A DNA stretch of 58,448 bases from a virus. The stretch's first letter is position 1. Every line of letters begins with the position of its first letter. Under the pieces are notes generated by a model. It saw only the letters and a program-made list of their open reading frames with translations. It searched no databases and was not told the DNA's origin. Positions 27,801-35,795 of the stretch are shown here, piece after piece. The stretch lies in the IMG/VR virus record IMGVR_UViG_3300029716_000017, positions 1 to 58,448 of that record. One strand, 5' to 3'. The translations under genes and the position numbers were made by a program.

Positions 27801-28885
27801 TACATCTTTATTGATGTTTTGGAGAATTGCTCCAATTTGTCTGTGTATTGACCGAACGTATTAACAACGACATTCTGCACTTCAGTAAGATCAGATGAAA
27901 TGTCTATGGCTTTTTTGAATCCACTTAATACTCTTTGTGCTGCCCAAAATGTTGCATACAGTTTTCCAACTGCTGAAGCAAGACTCCATATATGTTTTTT
28001 AGCGCTTTTAGCACTGCTGCCCATACCGGAAAAACTGTTTTGTATACCTCTGCTCGCACTTGCTGTCCTACTTCCTTGTGCTGCCAGATTTGCAAGTGCA
28101 TGAGTCATTTGTATTACATTCTGTGATACTTGTGGCGCTGTAGCCATAACTTGCATAAACTTCTTAAGTTCTGCTGCAAGTGCCCCCAGTCCACCTGCTG
28201 TTTGTGTGGCTTTTACGCCCACTGATGCAAGATTACCAAGTGCAGTGGTCATCTGTATTGTTCCAGCGGATAATTGTGGTGCAAGCGCCATGGTATTAAA
28301 CAGATTGCGAAGCGTAACGGACAACTGTGGCAATGCTGCTGATACGATACTTGCTTTTTGCCCAGAATTTGCAAGTCTACCAACTGCATTGGTGAGCTGT
28401 ATTACATTTGTGCTAACGTTCTGTGCACCCTGTAACGTGCTAGATAAGCCTACAATTGCATTTCCAAGTTGGCCTATAGCATTTATATTCATGCCGTTAA
28501 TGTTCGAATTAGACAGCCTTGTAATGGAATTAATGAAGTTCGTAAGGCCCTTGTTGTTGAACTGCATGTTTCCTAATACTGATATACTGGAGGCAAGTGG
28601 GCTTATGCTATTTGCAACCGCTGTAAGTTTTGCGCTGTTGATGTTTTCAAATTGCTTTATACCCTTGGCAGCTCTGTTAAAATCAGGCATTTTTACATTT
28701 TTTATTGCATTCATGCCCTGTGCAAGCTGGTTCATGCCCTGTGCAAACTTGGCTATACCATTACTATCAATTCCTTGCAATGTCTTAGACAGTGTGCCGA
28801 GCTTATTTGACAGTTTATCTACTGCATTAACTGCTTGAGTTGCACTTGCATGTATTTTAACTTCAAGATTATCTACTGTTGCCAT
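24881..28885 (-). CDS. Tail tape measure protein
   Basis: 1334 aa, helical and low-complexity, with a Gly-rich tract (GGGGSGGGTGVSGAGG) and tandem repeats of about 37 aa. It sits in the position after the chaperones. Confidence 0.85.
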   Translation of the reverse strand: MATVDNLEVKIHASATQAVNAVDKLSNKLGTLSKTLQGIDSNGIAKFAQGMNQLAQGMNAIKNVKMPDFNRAAKGIKQFENINSAKLTAVANSISPLASSISVLGNMQFNNKGLTNFINSITRLSNSNINGMNINAIGQLGNAIVGLSSTLQGAQNVSTNVIQLTNAVGRLANSGQKASIVSAALPQLSVTLRNLFNTMALAPQLSAGTIQMTTALGNLASVGVKATQTAGGLGALAAELKKFMQVMATAPQVSQNVIQMTHALANLAAQGSRTASASRGIQNSFSGMGSSAKSAKKHIWSLASAVGKLYATFWAAQRVLSGFKKAIDISSDLTEVQNVVVNTFGQYTDKLEQFSKTSIKMYGMSELSAKQTAGRFQAMGLAMGAPVKDMSDMSIQLTALSADLASFYNISQEESSRKLWSIFTGETEPMRAFGIDLTNATLKEYAMKKGLDANISSMTQLEKTMLRYQYVMDNTKNVQGDFARTSQTWANQLRILQEQIKAVAGVWGNAFVNMLKPLVQALNKALSAVYTFSEKVVNALGAIFGWKLEIQKGSISDDFEGAAGAADDMASGTKKAAKAAKDLKTHLLGIDELNVVEPDKDTGTNGGGGSGGGTGVSGAGGNNGLKYQIKETEGLYKSSIKNLNQLGKYISDSLSKAMESIKWNKVYKKAKNFGKGLADFLNGLITPRLFSNLGSTIAGAINTALTAGNTFAINFDWKNLGKSLISSITGFLNTWDAGLTGATLSNFAIGISKTIVSAFETINQDGIWQKLGQKVVDFICGINWGSLVWNLGSLIITMAKEIPKIPMQIYEGVGQAIIDKVFGEGAYSKISNSKLFKGIKKALEYIIAPMNLIVDIINKIKSGVGKLSPYTDKVVTVLKPTLSTVSNLLSTVYSVISKVANAIGEKISPALNSIKTVLSPILAVASAISSVIRQLIGNWIVKKIADISAKVQIAWDIIKPVLNSITEKLKTLWGYLKKIADKLSSVAKFGMKTSPIVGLSGIISSKFNIDTTTNGKTDKDYKKLNKSVRGAISIFGGKNVDYNVDTSVNDNKTDNVATIRNIGKLWADTWRGKNARYDAQTATNGQNTPSSSILSGIVNRWSSVWKGKSAKYDAQTAINGQNATTGEKLSSISNIFSRYWKDKTVKYNANTAVNGKPTTSGSAVKSINDTLQKNFTGKSVQYNIKTQTDEGLKKLGENAANKIFMGMSQKEIKFNVKQASDPLKQAMSGTFSFMPTYATGGFPEDGWFRANQGEIMGKFDNGKSVVANNEQITAGIASGVRQAVDDALTPYLSQIARNTRETADKDTSINIDGRTLVSETDRRRSRNGHQFTTA

Positions 28886-28905
28886 GTTTCACCGCCTTGT
28901 TGTAA

Positions 28906-28940
28906 TAAAAAAGACGGCAAAAACATCAGTCCTTGCCGTC
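28906..28940 (-). terminator. Hairpin plus T-run before the tape measure gene (attenuator/terminator-like)
   Basis: On the minus strand: GACGGCAA...TTGCCGTC followed by TTTTTT. Confidence 0.45.
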
Positions 28941-29387
28941 AATCATATTGTATGTCCTATCCCATTCTTGCTTTGCCTTTAATCGTTCTTCAATAAACTC
29001 ATTTCTAAGTCTATTTACCCTATCTTCTTCATTTTCCATAAGTGGAGCTTTAAGATACTCTGAACTTGCTTTCTTGCCGTTAAGGCAATGATCTATTGCA
29101 AAGCAAAGAGCAGACCTGATATACGTTCCTACCCACGCATAAATTTGAGAATCGTTTTCCTTTTCTGCCATATGGTAGGCTTTTTCGTATGGTTCAAGCT
29201 CTGCTGGGCAAGACTTGTCAATATCCTCAACTGTAAGTCCATAGCCTTTGGTCATCATTAACCAACGGGGGCGTATTTCATTACAGTAATTTTCGTAATT
29301 AAAGTCTTTGTTATCCTGTTCAAGGATTATTTCTGTGCCTGATTCTGCACTTTTGCTGTCTCTTCCTCGAACAGTTTCTTTAAAAAA
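28926..29387 (-). CDS. Tail assembly chaperone, -1 frame extension (T part of the G-T fusion)
   Basis: The -1 frame is open from just upstream of the slippery site through to 28926. This is the canonical position between the major tail and tape measure genes. Confidence 0.6.
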   Translation of the reverse strand, partial: FFKETVRGRDSKSAESGTEIILEQDNKDFNYENYCNEIRPRWLMMTKGYGLTVEDIDKSCPAELEPYEKAYHMAEKENDSQIYAWVGTYIRSALCFAIDHCLNGKKASSEYLKAPLMENEEDRVNRLRNEFIEERLKAKQEWDRTYNMIDGKD

Positions 29388-29740
29388 CCATTGTGAAGCA
29401 TCTCATTTGAGACATCCTCCTGAAGTTTAAGAAAATCTCCATTTTCCTCGTCTACAAAATGGTCAAGCATATCCTCAACCTTACTAAGCTGTTCGTCACG
29501 GCCTTTTCCTGTAGTTAAGTTGTAACCAAACTCATCTGAATGATTAGCCTGTAATCCGGCAAGTAAAATTTGTGGCATTAACAAATACATTTGCTCCATT
29601 CCCTCTATTGCCCCAACTCCATCGTCTGTACTTGACTGCATTACTCCAATCCTTGCCAGCTTGCTGATAAATCCTGCCCTAGCTACTGCCTTATTACCAA
29701 ACTTAATATTGTATTCCTTGCCATTCATTGTAATTGTCAT
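29327..29740 (-). CDS. Tail assembly chaperone (G-like)
   Basis: 137-aa ORF after the major tail gene, preceded by AGGAGG. Confidence 0.6.
   Translation of the reverse strand: MTITMNGKEYNIKFGNKAVARAGFISKLARIGVMQSSTDDGVGAIEGMEQMYLLMPQILLAGLQANHSDEFGYNLTTGKGRDEQLSKVEDMLDHFVDEENGDFLKLQEDVSNEMLHNGFLKKLFEEETAKVQNQAQK
29381..29387 (-). other. Slippery heptamer T_TTT_TTA for a programmed -1 frameshift
   Basis: The zero frame reads GGT TTT TTA AAG, so the heptamer fits X_XXY_YYZ. The -1 frame continues into 28926..29258. Confidence 0.6.
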
Positions 29741-29772
29741 AATATTTTCCTTTCCTCCTACTCTTAATAGGA

Positions 29773-29798
29773 AAGGGGCAGTCCGAAAACCGCCCCTT
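29773..29798 (-). terminator. GC-rich hairpin after the major tail gene
   Basis: On the minus strand: AAGGGGCGG...CTGCCCCTT followed by TCC. Attenuator-like. Confidence 0.4.
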
Positions 29799-29878
29799 GT
29801 TTGCTTAATACGTATAATCAGCCGATTTTATATCTTCTGTATCGTCATCGCTCAGCACGGCTGTATCTGAGCGGTTTG

Positions 29879-30358
29879 TTATTCCCCCGGTGTAAAAGCT
29901 ACCTTTGTATCAAAGCCAACAAGATCTTCGAGAATAAGGTTGATTTCAACTGTTAAAAGTTCATTCTGACCCTTTGAAGCCACTGGAAGAACTGATGGTG
30001 GCTGAGCCTTAATAAACTCTGCCTTGGTAAACCCAGGGGTGATCGTTTCAAACCACATAGATTTGCCTGTTCCCTCTAACTTTTTGTACTCTTCAAGTAC
30101 TTTCTCCCATTCTGCAAGTGTATCTGGTGTCCAGTTTACTGTTACTGTATATGTATCAGATACAGTAGTTCTACCAGATATGTTTCTTGTGTAAAAATCT
30201 TCAAGAGCAGATGCGTCAATAGCCTCTGGTTCTGCTGTAGCATCGCCAAGCTCATTGATTCTTGACAACTGAGTAAATGTTGTTGGCTTTTCTCCTGCGG
30301 TTGTTTCAACACCATAACCAAAAGTAATACCCAGTGTACTTAATCCTGGTACTGCCAT
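29879..30358 (-). CDS. Major tail protein
   Basis: 159 aa, strong RBS AAGGAGGT, position and composition (MAVPGLSTLGITFGYGVETTAGEKPT). Confidence 0.7.
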   Translation of the reverse strand: MAVPGLSTLGITFGYGVETTAGEKPTTFTQLSRINELGDATAEPEAIDASALEDFYTRNISGRTTVSDTYTVTVNWTPDTLAEWEKVLEEYKKLEGTGKSMWFETITPGFTKAEFIKAQPPSVLPVASKGQNELLTVEINLILEDLVGFDTKVAFTPGE

Positions 30359-30383
30359 GTCTTTACCTCCTTAAAAATGTGCA

Positions 30384-30406
30384 TAAAAAAAGAGCCACAT
30401 GGCTCT
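30384..30406 (-). terminator. Hairpin plus T7 upstream of the major tail gene
   Basis: On the minus strand: AGAGCCATGTGGCTCT followed by TTTTTTT. Confidence 0.5.
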
Positions 30407-30415
30407 AATTGCTAA

Positions 30416-30826
30416 CTATAATATTGTGTCGCCGGCCCCATACACACGGCTGAATCGCATGTTACATATATAGGTTCCACCATTAACACTGTATTGAGGT
30501 GTTCCGGCGACCGAAAATCTCATTTGTTTATATATGTCCGTTATTTTGGACACAATCTTTCTACATTCGCTGTGATTCTTGTTAGAAGTCACATCAACCT
30601 GTATTGTTTCTCTTACAGCGTTGATTGTCTGTCCCTCTAAATCTTGTCCCAACTCCATTCCAGGTAGTTCGTGAATATAGACTGTTGGGAACACTGCCGG
30701 TTGATCTGATTCACCTTTATCTGTAACGTTAAGCGTTGGGTATTTATCCTTAAGTTGTTCTGTTGCTTTGGCCTTAACAATGCTATATATTGTCGGGCCA
30801 AGTTCTATTGCCCATGCATTATCCAT
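30416..30826 (-). CDS. Tail completion / head-tail joining protein
   Basis: Position. The start is trimmed to MDNAWA, preceded by GAGGTG. Confidence 0.45.
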   Translation of the reverse strand: MDNAWAIELGPTIYSIVKAKATEQLKDKYPTLNVTDKGESDQPAVFPTVYIHELPGMELGQDLEGQTINAVRETIQVDVTSNKNHSECRKIVSKITDIYKQMRFSVAGTPQYSVNGGTYICNMRFSRVYGAGDTIL

Positions 30827-31349
30827 TGTCAAACACCTCTTTCACAACGTTCTTGACTTTTCTTTCAAGTTCACGAGCAGTATTGTACATATATGGTCTA
30901 GATGGCATACCCTCGGTGAACCACCAATGACCATTATCATCTTTGTAAAACCAGCCAATTCGACCATCTTTGAGTTGGTGGATTGTTTGACCGCTTGTAT
31001 ATTGCCAAGATACTCCCGGAGGTAATTCGCCTTTGTATGGTTTCTTTTGTCCTATCACGCCAGTTCCAAACTCAACAAATGCTGCGTGATCTGTTCCGGC
31101 TACAACCGCCCAAATATGACTACCCTTTGTATCTATAACGCATTCTGATTGTATACTTTCAATCAACTCGCCTTTAAAGATAGCATCTAAATTCGCCAAT
31201 TGCACTCTAGCAACTTCTACACCATCATCAGCCAATCTTTCAGCAATAACGGCGCATTTATGGTCAAGCCTTGTTTGATAGACTTTAAGCTCCTTGATTG
31301 CATTCTGTAAACTACTCACAGACAAAGATACATCTATTGTTTTTTTCAC
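30819..31349 (-). CDS. HK97 gp10-like tail component
   Basis: Position and pattern (LSVSSLQNAIKELKVYQ...VEFGTG). Confidence 0.5.
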   Translation of the reverse strand: MKKTIDVSLSVSSLQNAIKELKVYQTRLDHKCAVIAERLADDGVEVARVQLANLDAIFKGELIESIQSECVIDTKGSHIWAVVAGTDHAAFVEFGTGVIGQKKPYKGELPPGVSWQYTSGQTIHQLKDGRIGWFYKDDNGHWWFTEGMPSRPYMYNTARELERKVKNVVKEVFDNG

Positions 31350-31771
31350 TTGACCACCGCCTTGAGGACATATTTTGTTGACCGCAAAGCTGGCTTAACT
31401 CCTACAACGGTAAAATCAGCAGAAGTTTTATCAATATAGCCATCCTCTGTGTATTCAACTTTGCTATCAAGCCATATAATGTCACTTTTTTTGATAGGGT
31501 ATGCTCCTCTATCTGTAACTATGATTGCGTCAAAATCGTTGACGTCAAAGCCATATTCTTTTGCTTGTGCCTCACCGCCAGAGAAAGAGATATTAGCCCT
31601 AAATGATATAGGCTCTTCGTATGATATTTCTTTATGATCTATAAGAGGTATTTTTTGTCCCTCTTCTGTGATGAAATACTTTATATTGCCGTCATCATCT
31701 TTTTCGTATATCTCCACCTCTTTGCCGTAAGGAGCATACTTCATAGATTGTTTATTAATCTCAAGTGACAT
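31346..31771 (-). CDS. Head closure / adaptor-position protein
   Basis: The start MSLEINK overlaps the holin stop (TAATG). Confidence 0.45.
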   Translation of the reverse strand: MSLEINKQSMKYAPYGKEVEIYEKDDDGNIKYFITEEGQKIPLIDHKEISYEEPISFRANISFSGGEAQAKEYGFDVNDFDAIIVTDRGAYPIKKSDIIWLDSKVEYTEDGYIDKTSADFTVVGVKPALRSTKYVLKAVVK

Positions 31772-32097
31772 TACTTCACATCCTTGCCAAATCGCCGCCA
31801 AAGTTCAGACAGCTTTTCCCAACCGTACATTGCTACAAATGCAACTACAAATCCGGCTAGGATAGCTGCAAGAATCATATACCAAAGTATTGTCATATGT
31901 ATGTACTGCATATAAGCTATAAAAGCCACAACGGTAATACCTATGGACAGCACAAACACCAATATGTCGGTTGGTATCTTCTTAAATACACCAACGCCTT
32001 TGATTACTTGTGTAATTACCGCCACGACAAATGTAAGTGCGCCTATTACAGACACTATAATAGCCATGTTGGCTACAAGACTTTGTATAACATCCAT
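31771..32097 (-). CDS. Holin (three TM helices, charged C-terminus)
   Basis: 108 aa. TM1 is MAIIVSVIGALTFVVAVITQVIKGVG..KKIP, followed by TM2 and TM3 and an EKLSELWRRFGKDVK tail. Confidence 0.6.
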   Translation of the reverse strand: MDVIQSLVANMAIIVSVIGALTFVVAVITQVIKGVGVFKKIPTDILVFVLSIGITVVAFIAYMQYIHMTILWYMILAAILAGFVVAFVAMYGWEKLSELWRRFGKDVK

Positions 32098-32099
32098 TT

Positions 32100-32423
32100 T
32101 TACACCTCCTTGCTTTCGTTGAGTCGTGCCTCCATTCCATCTATGCGATGATGAAGTGACTTGACGCTTTCCTCAACTTTAATAATTCTATTGTCGTGGG
32201 AATTAAGCTCTTTTCTCATTTCCACAACTTCATCTTTTATTTCTTTAGTATTACTAGATATGGTATCTAATTTCATATTTATGCGGGTGTTTTCTCGGAC
32301 TCTATCCTCTAGGTCTGAGTTATCAGTTCTTCTATTATTCTTGATATTCAGCACAAGGCTGACAACTCCAAAAAAAATAGAGAAAGTAACCGATATGATG
32401 CTGATAATTATTGCTACTGGCAT
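32100..32423 (-). CDS. Membrane-anchored coiled-coil protein (holin-associated)
   Basis: N-terminal TM helix followed by a long heptad-like region. It is adjacent to the holin. Confidence 0.45.
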   Translation of the reverse strand: MPVAIIISIISVTFSIFFGVVSLVLNIKNNRRTDNSDLEDRVRENTRINMKLDTISSNTKEIKDEVVEMRKELNSHDNRIIKVEESVKSLHHRIDGMEARLNESKEV

Positions 32424-32511
32424 ATATCTACCGCCTTTCTCTTATGTTTGCATACCGCCCACCACCACCATAATGTATGCCCTCTGCTACCGTTGGGTAA
32501 CGCACAATCTT

Positions 32512-32865
32512 CTATAATATCTCAACAAATGGAAATACATCAGCTAGCAGCTTATTTCTGTCAATCCAACTACGACTGACTCCATTTTCGCCAAAACTTG
32601 CCATGTATTCCTCACCAGCTTGAGATAAGTCGTATACAACCAAACTTACTATATTGGTAGTATATCGTTTCATATCTTCTTCCATTTGCTCATCTGTGTA
32701 ATCAGATGGGTAATTACGCTTGTTGCGTATTTCCTGCTTAATTTCCTCAATATGTTGCTCTATTCTTGGATTATCCTGTAGATCAGTCCACTTGATAGAG
32801 CCATCGTCACCGACTTCATATTGACCTTTTCGTATTTTGACTTGCTCTACCAATGTGTATTCCAT
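32512..32865 (-). CDS. Head-tail connector protein (gp6-like position)
   Basis: 117-aa ORF downstream of the capsid block. Confidence 0.45.
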   Translation of the reverse strand: MEYTLVEQVKIRKGQYEVGDDGSIKWTDLQDNPRIEQHIEEIKQEIRNKRNYPSDYTDEQMEEDMKRYTTNIVSLVVYDLSQAGEEYMASFGENGVSRSWIDRNKLLADVFPFVEIL

Positions 32866-32874
32866 GACTACCTC

Positions 32875-33120
32875 CTACAAAGCAAAATGAGCTATAAGCA
32901 CTTCTTTTAATGCGCCACCTGTCATATTTTCGGCATTATCTATACCCTCTGATATTGCAAGTGCTTTTAGATCGTCTGTTGGCATTCTGTTGATCTCGGT
33001 CTTGGTATGAATAGCAACACCAGAATCAGTTTTTTCTGTTTCTGGTCTGCTTGTTTCCGGAACGTCATTTCCGGCATCATACCATACCCCATCTTTTACA
33101 ACGATATAGGGATATATCAT
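32875..33120 (-). CDS. Small protein with C-terminal HeH/Rho-N-like motif
   Basis: The start is trimmed to MIYPYIVV, preceded by AGGAGG. C-terminal TDDLKALAISEGIDNAENMTGGALKEVLIAH. Confidence 0.45.
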   Translation of the reverse strand: MIYPYIVVKDGVWYDAGNDVPETSRPETEKTDSGVAIHTKTEINRMPTDDLKALAISEGIDNAENMTGGALKEVLIAHFAL

Positions 33121-33130
33121 AAGCTGCCTC

Positions 33131-34201
33131 CTACTCGTGATGAACTTCAAGTACGGCAGTGCTATCCATATTCTCATAAGATGGCAAAACAACCTCAGAT
33201 GCAAATGTTGACATCTTCATTGGTGGGCCATACTCTGTCTTTGTAGCAACTGTAATTCCTGTACCATACTGAGTTACATCGACATCTGCCACCTGTCTTG
33301 CAGTTCTCTCTTCTGGTGTAGTACCGAACCATGTATTGCCAAGATTACCCTCTGGAAGAAGTGTAACCTTATTATCTGGATAGAAATACTGTTCCTTGCC
33401 CTCGTCATCAATGTACATCTTATCGTAAAGCACGATAGTAAGTTTGGTTCTCTTCTGCACTACTGAAATAACAGTATCATCGTCAACCTCAATAGTTGCT
33501 GTAAGGTTCTGTGCAAGGATTGAGTTTCTTATCTGTGCATTGTCAAGAAGATACTGGAATGTATTGCTGTTCATAAGCACATATCTAGCAATCTTGCCTT
33601 GCTTTTGTAACTTCTTTCTTGCATTGTTAAGGTCTGTAAGTGGCTTTGAATTAGCTGTATCACTCCACATGCTTGTTCCGTCAAGCTTGATATAATGATC
33701 CGTAGTGTATGACCCGTCAGAATCATAATCATAGGAATACTGAACGCCATCGCTCTTAATGGTGATAACAGGATGTCCATTTACTGTTGAAAGAAGAGCC
33801 ATTCTCATTCTCTCTGGAACAACCTCCGCACCGCTTACAAGTCTGCTTGTGTCGTCATATACCGCACTAAGAGCACTTGCAAGGTATGGATCATCAGCAG
33901 TGTTTGCTCTTTCTATTTCAAGCATTTCTGCTTCGCCTATGGTCATTCCCTCACGGAAAAATGCCATCTGTGTCTTTTCCTTAGAAAGTCCCTCTCTAGC
34001 TCTGATTGTTGGGATTGAATCAAAGTTTGATGGCGCAAGAGATACAGGAAGTCCCTTATGTGTTTTTATCCATTGCAGATCAAGTCCCTGTTTCTTTCTC
34101 TCTGGAAACCACTGTAATCCAAGATATGGAATCTGATTACTTGCGTTTTCTGTTGCTGACAGCGCAATTGACTTACTGTCAATAACTTCATTTACTAGCA
34201 T
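33131..34201 (-). CDS. Major capsid protein (protein E-like family)
   Basis: 356 aa with strong RBS AGGAGGT, following the scaffold and decoration genes. The pattern LQWFPERKKQGLDLQW...PTIRAREG...MAFFREG is capsid-E-like. Confidence 0.75.
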   Translation of the reverse strand: MLVNEVIDSKSIALSATENASNQIPYLGLQWFPERKKQGLDLQWIKTHKGLPVSLAPSNFDSIPTIRAREGLSKEKTQMAFFREGMTIGEAEMLEIERANTADDPYLASALSAVYDDTSRLVSGAEVVPERMRMALLSTVNGHPVITIKSDGVQYSYDYDSDGSYTTDHYIKLDGTSMWSDTANSKPLTDLNNARKKLQKQGKIARYVLMNSNTFQYLLDNAQIRNSILAQNLTATIEVDDDTVISVVQKRTKLTIVLYDKMYIDDEGKEQYFYPDNKVTLLPEGNLGNTWFGTTPEERTARQVADVDVTQYGTGITVATKTEYGPPMKMSTFASEVVLPSYENMDSTAVLEVHHE

Positions 34202-34220
34202 ATGTTTTTACCTCCTGTAA

Positions 34221-34568
34221 TTACTCAAATACGATCATTGGCAGAGCTGCCTTAACTGTTGCGTCATATGTAACGCCTGAGTGTGTTTCTGCTACCTTTG
34301 TGTTAAGATATGCTTTCTTAAGAAGAACTCCCTGTGGCCTGTCTTCTGTCACGTCAAATCGAAGTATGCCGACTACTGTTGCTGTGTTATCAGCCTTGCC
34401 ATCTTTACCAATTGGGGTTCCAGCTTTAACTATCTTTTTGCCATTCACCTTTGTTGTAACTTCTTCAAAATCCAAAGTAAGAGGTATAGCCTCGTTTGGC
34501 TCTCTCTTGAGAATTTGCACATCACCTGAGTATGTTGTTTTTTCGTACTGCATATTCATACTTGGCAT
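34221..34568 (-). CDS. Head decoration-like protein
   Basis: 115-aa ORF between the scaffold and capsid genes. Confidence 0.45.
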   Translation of the reverse strand: MPSMNMQYEKTTYSGDVQILKREPNEAIPLTLDFEEVTTKVNGKKIVKAGTPIGKDGKADNTATVVGILRFDVTEDRPQGVLLKKAYLNTKVAETHSGVTYDATVKAALPMIVFE

Positions 34569-34582
34569 CTATATTTTCCTCC

Positions 34583-35131
34583 TTAAATATAATGTTTCAA
34601 AATATCATTTTTTGTATTTTGATTTTCAATAAGACCGGCAGCTATTTTTTCTGCCTCCGTCTTTGTGTCACTTGAATTGCTACCTGTACCACCATTACCC
34701 GGCGGTGTTGAGCCATTGGCTATCTCCTTCTCTTTAGCCTGGGCAGCGGCAGTTTCTTTATCTGCGATAATCTTTCCAAGAGCGTCATAATCCATGGAAC
34801 CATCATCCTTAACCACTAGCTTTGCCTGTTCAGCGGAAATCTTGAATTTCTCGGCTACACTTGTTCTCTGGCTTGCAATTGCCTGTGTCTTTTCAAGCTC
34901 TGCTATCTTCTTCTGAGCATCTTCAAGAGCTTTGGCATTTCTTTCCGCCTCAGACATACTCTGCCCCTTTAAATCCTCATACTCTTTTTCGATAGCTTTG
35001 AGTCTTTCAAGTTCTGTGTTGTTCTTGTTTGCCTTTGCATTAGCAGATTGAACGTCCTTGCCATTTTCAGCCATGACTTTTTCGATCTGCTCATCGGTCA
35101 AACCCATTGACACTAAATCTTCTCTTTTCAT
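34583..35131 (-). CDS. Scaffolding protein (DUF4355-like)
   Basis: Charged coiled-coil, MGLTDEQIEKVMAENGKDV N-terminus, and position. Confidence 0.65.
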   Translation of the reverse strand: MKREDLVSMGLTDEQIEKVMAENGKDVQSANAKANKNNTELERLKAIEKEYEDLKGQSMSEAERNAKALEDAQKKIAELEKTQAIASQRTSVAEKFKISAEQAKLVVKDDGSMDYDALGKIIADKETAAAQAKEKEIANGSTPPGNGGTGSNSSDTKTEAEKIAAGLIENQNTKNDILKHYI

Positions 35132-35225
35132 TGATTACCTCCGTATGTCTACGTTTTTATACGGTGCAACGCCACCGATTGACATTGCCGTTTTCTACGC
35201 TCACGGCACTTGCGAAATTTTGTAT

Positions 35226-35253
35226 AAAAAAAGCAACCACAAACGTGATTGCT
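35226..35253 (-). terminator. Rho-independent terminator after the XkdX-like gene
   Basis: On the minus strand: AGCAATCAC GTTT GTGGTTGCT followed by TTTTTTT. Confidence 0.65.
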
Positions 35254-35374
35254 AATTTCCGATTATATTGTTGTATTGCTCTTCTGTTATCAGTTCTTTA
35301 TCACAGGCTTGCTTAACCATTTCAGCATTCCATATATGATAGACTTGATACCACTTTTTTATTTTTTCATACAT
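35252..35374 (-). CDS. XkdX-like small protein (40 aa, below the ORF-track cutoff)
   Basis: Hand translation gives MYEKIKKWYQVYHIWNAEMVKQACDKELITEEQYNNIIGN. The ...ITEEQY..I.G ending is typical of the XkdX family. Confidence 0.55.
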   Translation of the reverse strand: MYEKIKKWYQVYHIWNAEMVKQACDKELITEEQYNNIIGN

Positions 35375-35377
35375 AGG

Positions 35378-35707
35378 CTATTCCTTCGTCAGCAGTGTGT
35401 TAGTCATCATTGCTGTATATGTTACTTGTGCGTCTATACGTTCAATATCAGACGGTATTTTGGCTGGCTCATAGCCGTCATACTTCTGAGGATTGTTGTT
35501 GATGTCTTGGAGATCAAGACTTTCAACAGGAGCATGAAACTGTGTTCCATCATATTCATAGTAGGTATGTGTTTTTGACTGCTCTCCGGGTTCTGCATAT
35601 TCCTCTGTCTTAACTCTTTCATTAAGACATAAGTACACCCATGCTATTCCTTTGGTATCTATTTTTATGACAACTTCTTGCTGTGGTTCTTCTGCTCTTA
35701 CTATCAT
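35378..35707 (-). CDS. Hypothetical protein (XkdW-position)
   Basis: 109-aa ORF between the fibre-like gene and the XkdX-like gene. Confidence 0.4.
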   Translation of the reverse strand: MIVRAEEPQQEVVIKIDTKGIAWVYLCLNERVKTEEYAEPGEQSKTHTYYEYDGTQFHAPVESLDLQDINNNPQKYDGYEPAKIPSDIERIDAQVTYTAMMTNTLLTKE

Positions 35708-35795
35708 TGCTTATCACCTTCCATCCATATACATCTGTTATATATTTAAGGCTATGTTAAGGGGTGTTCCCCTTAACAATCCCCCTAAAAGCTTT

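Noticed and set aside
28206-28838. 210-aa plus-strand ORF, with many other plus-strand ORFs antisense to the tape measure, capsid, portal and ATPase genes.
   Set aside because: They are antisense to strongly supported genes, have low-complexity Leu/Ser/Phe/Cys-rich composition and lack an RBS. They are shadow ORFs.
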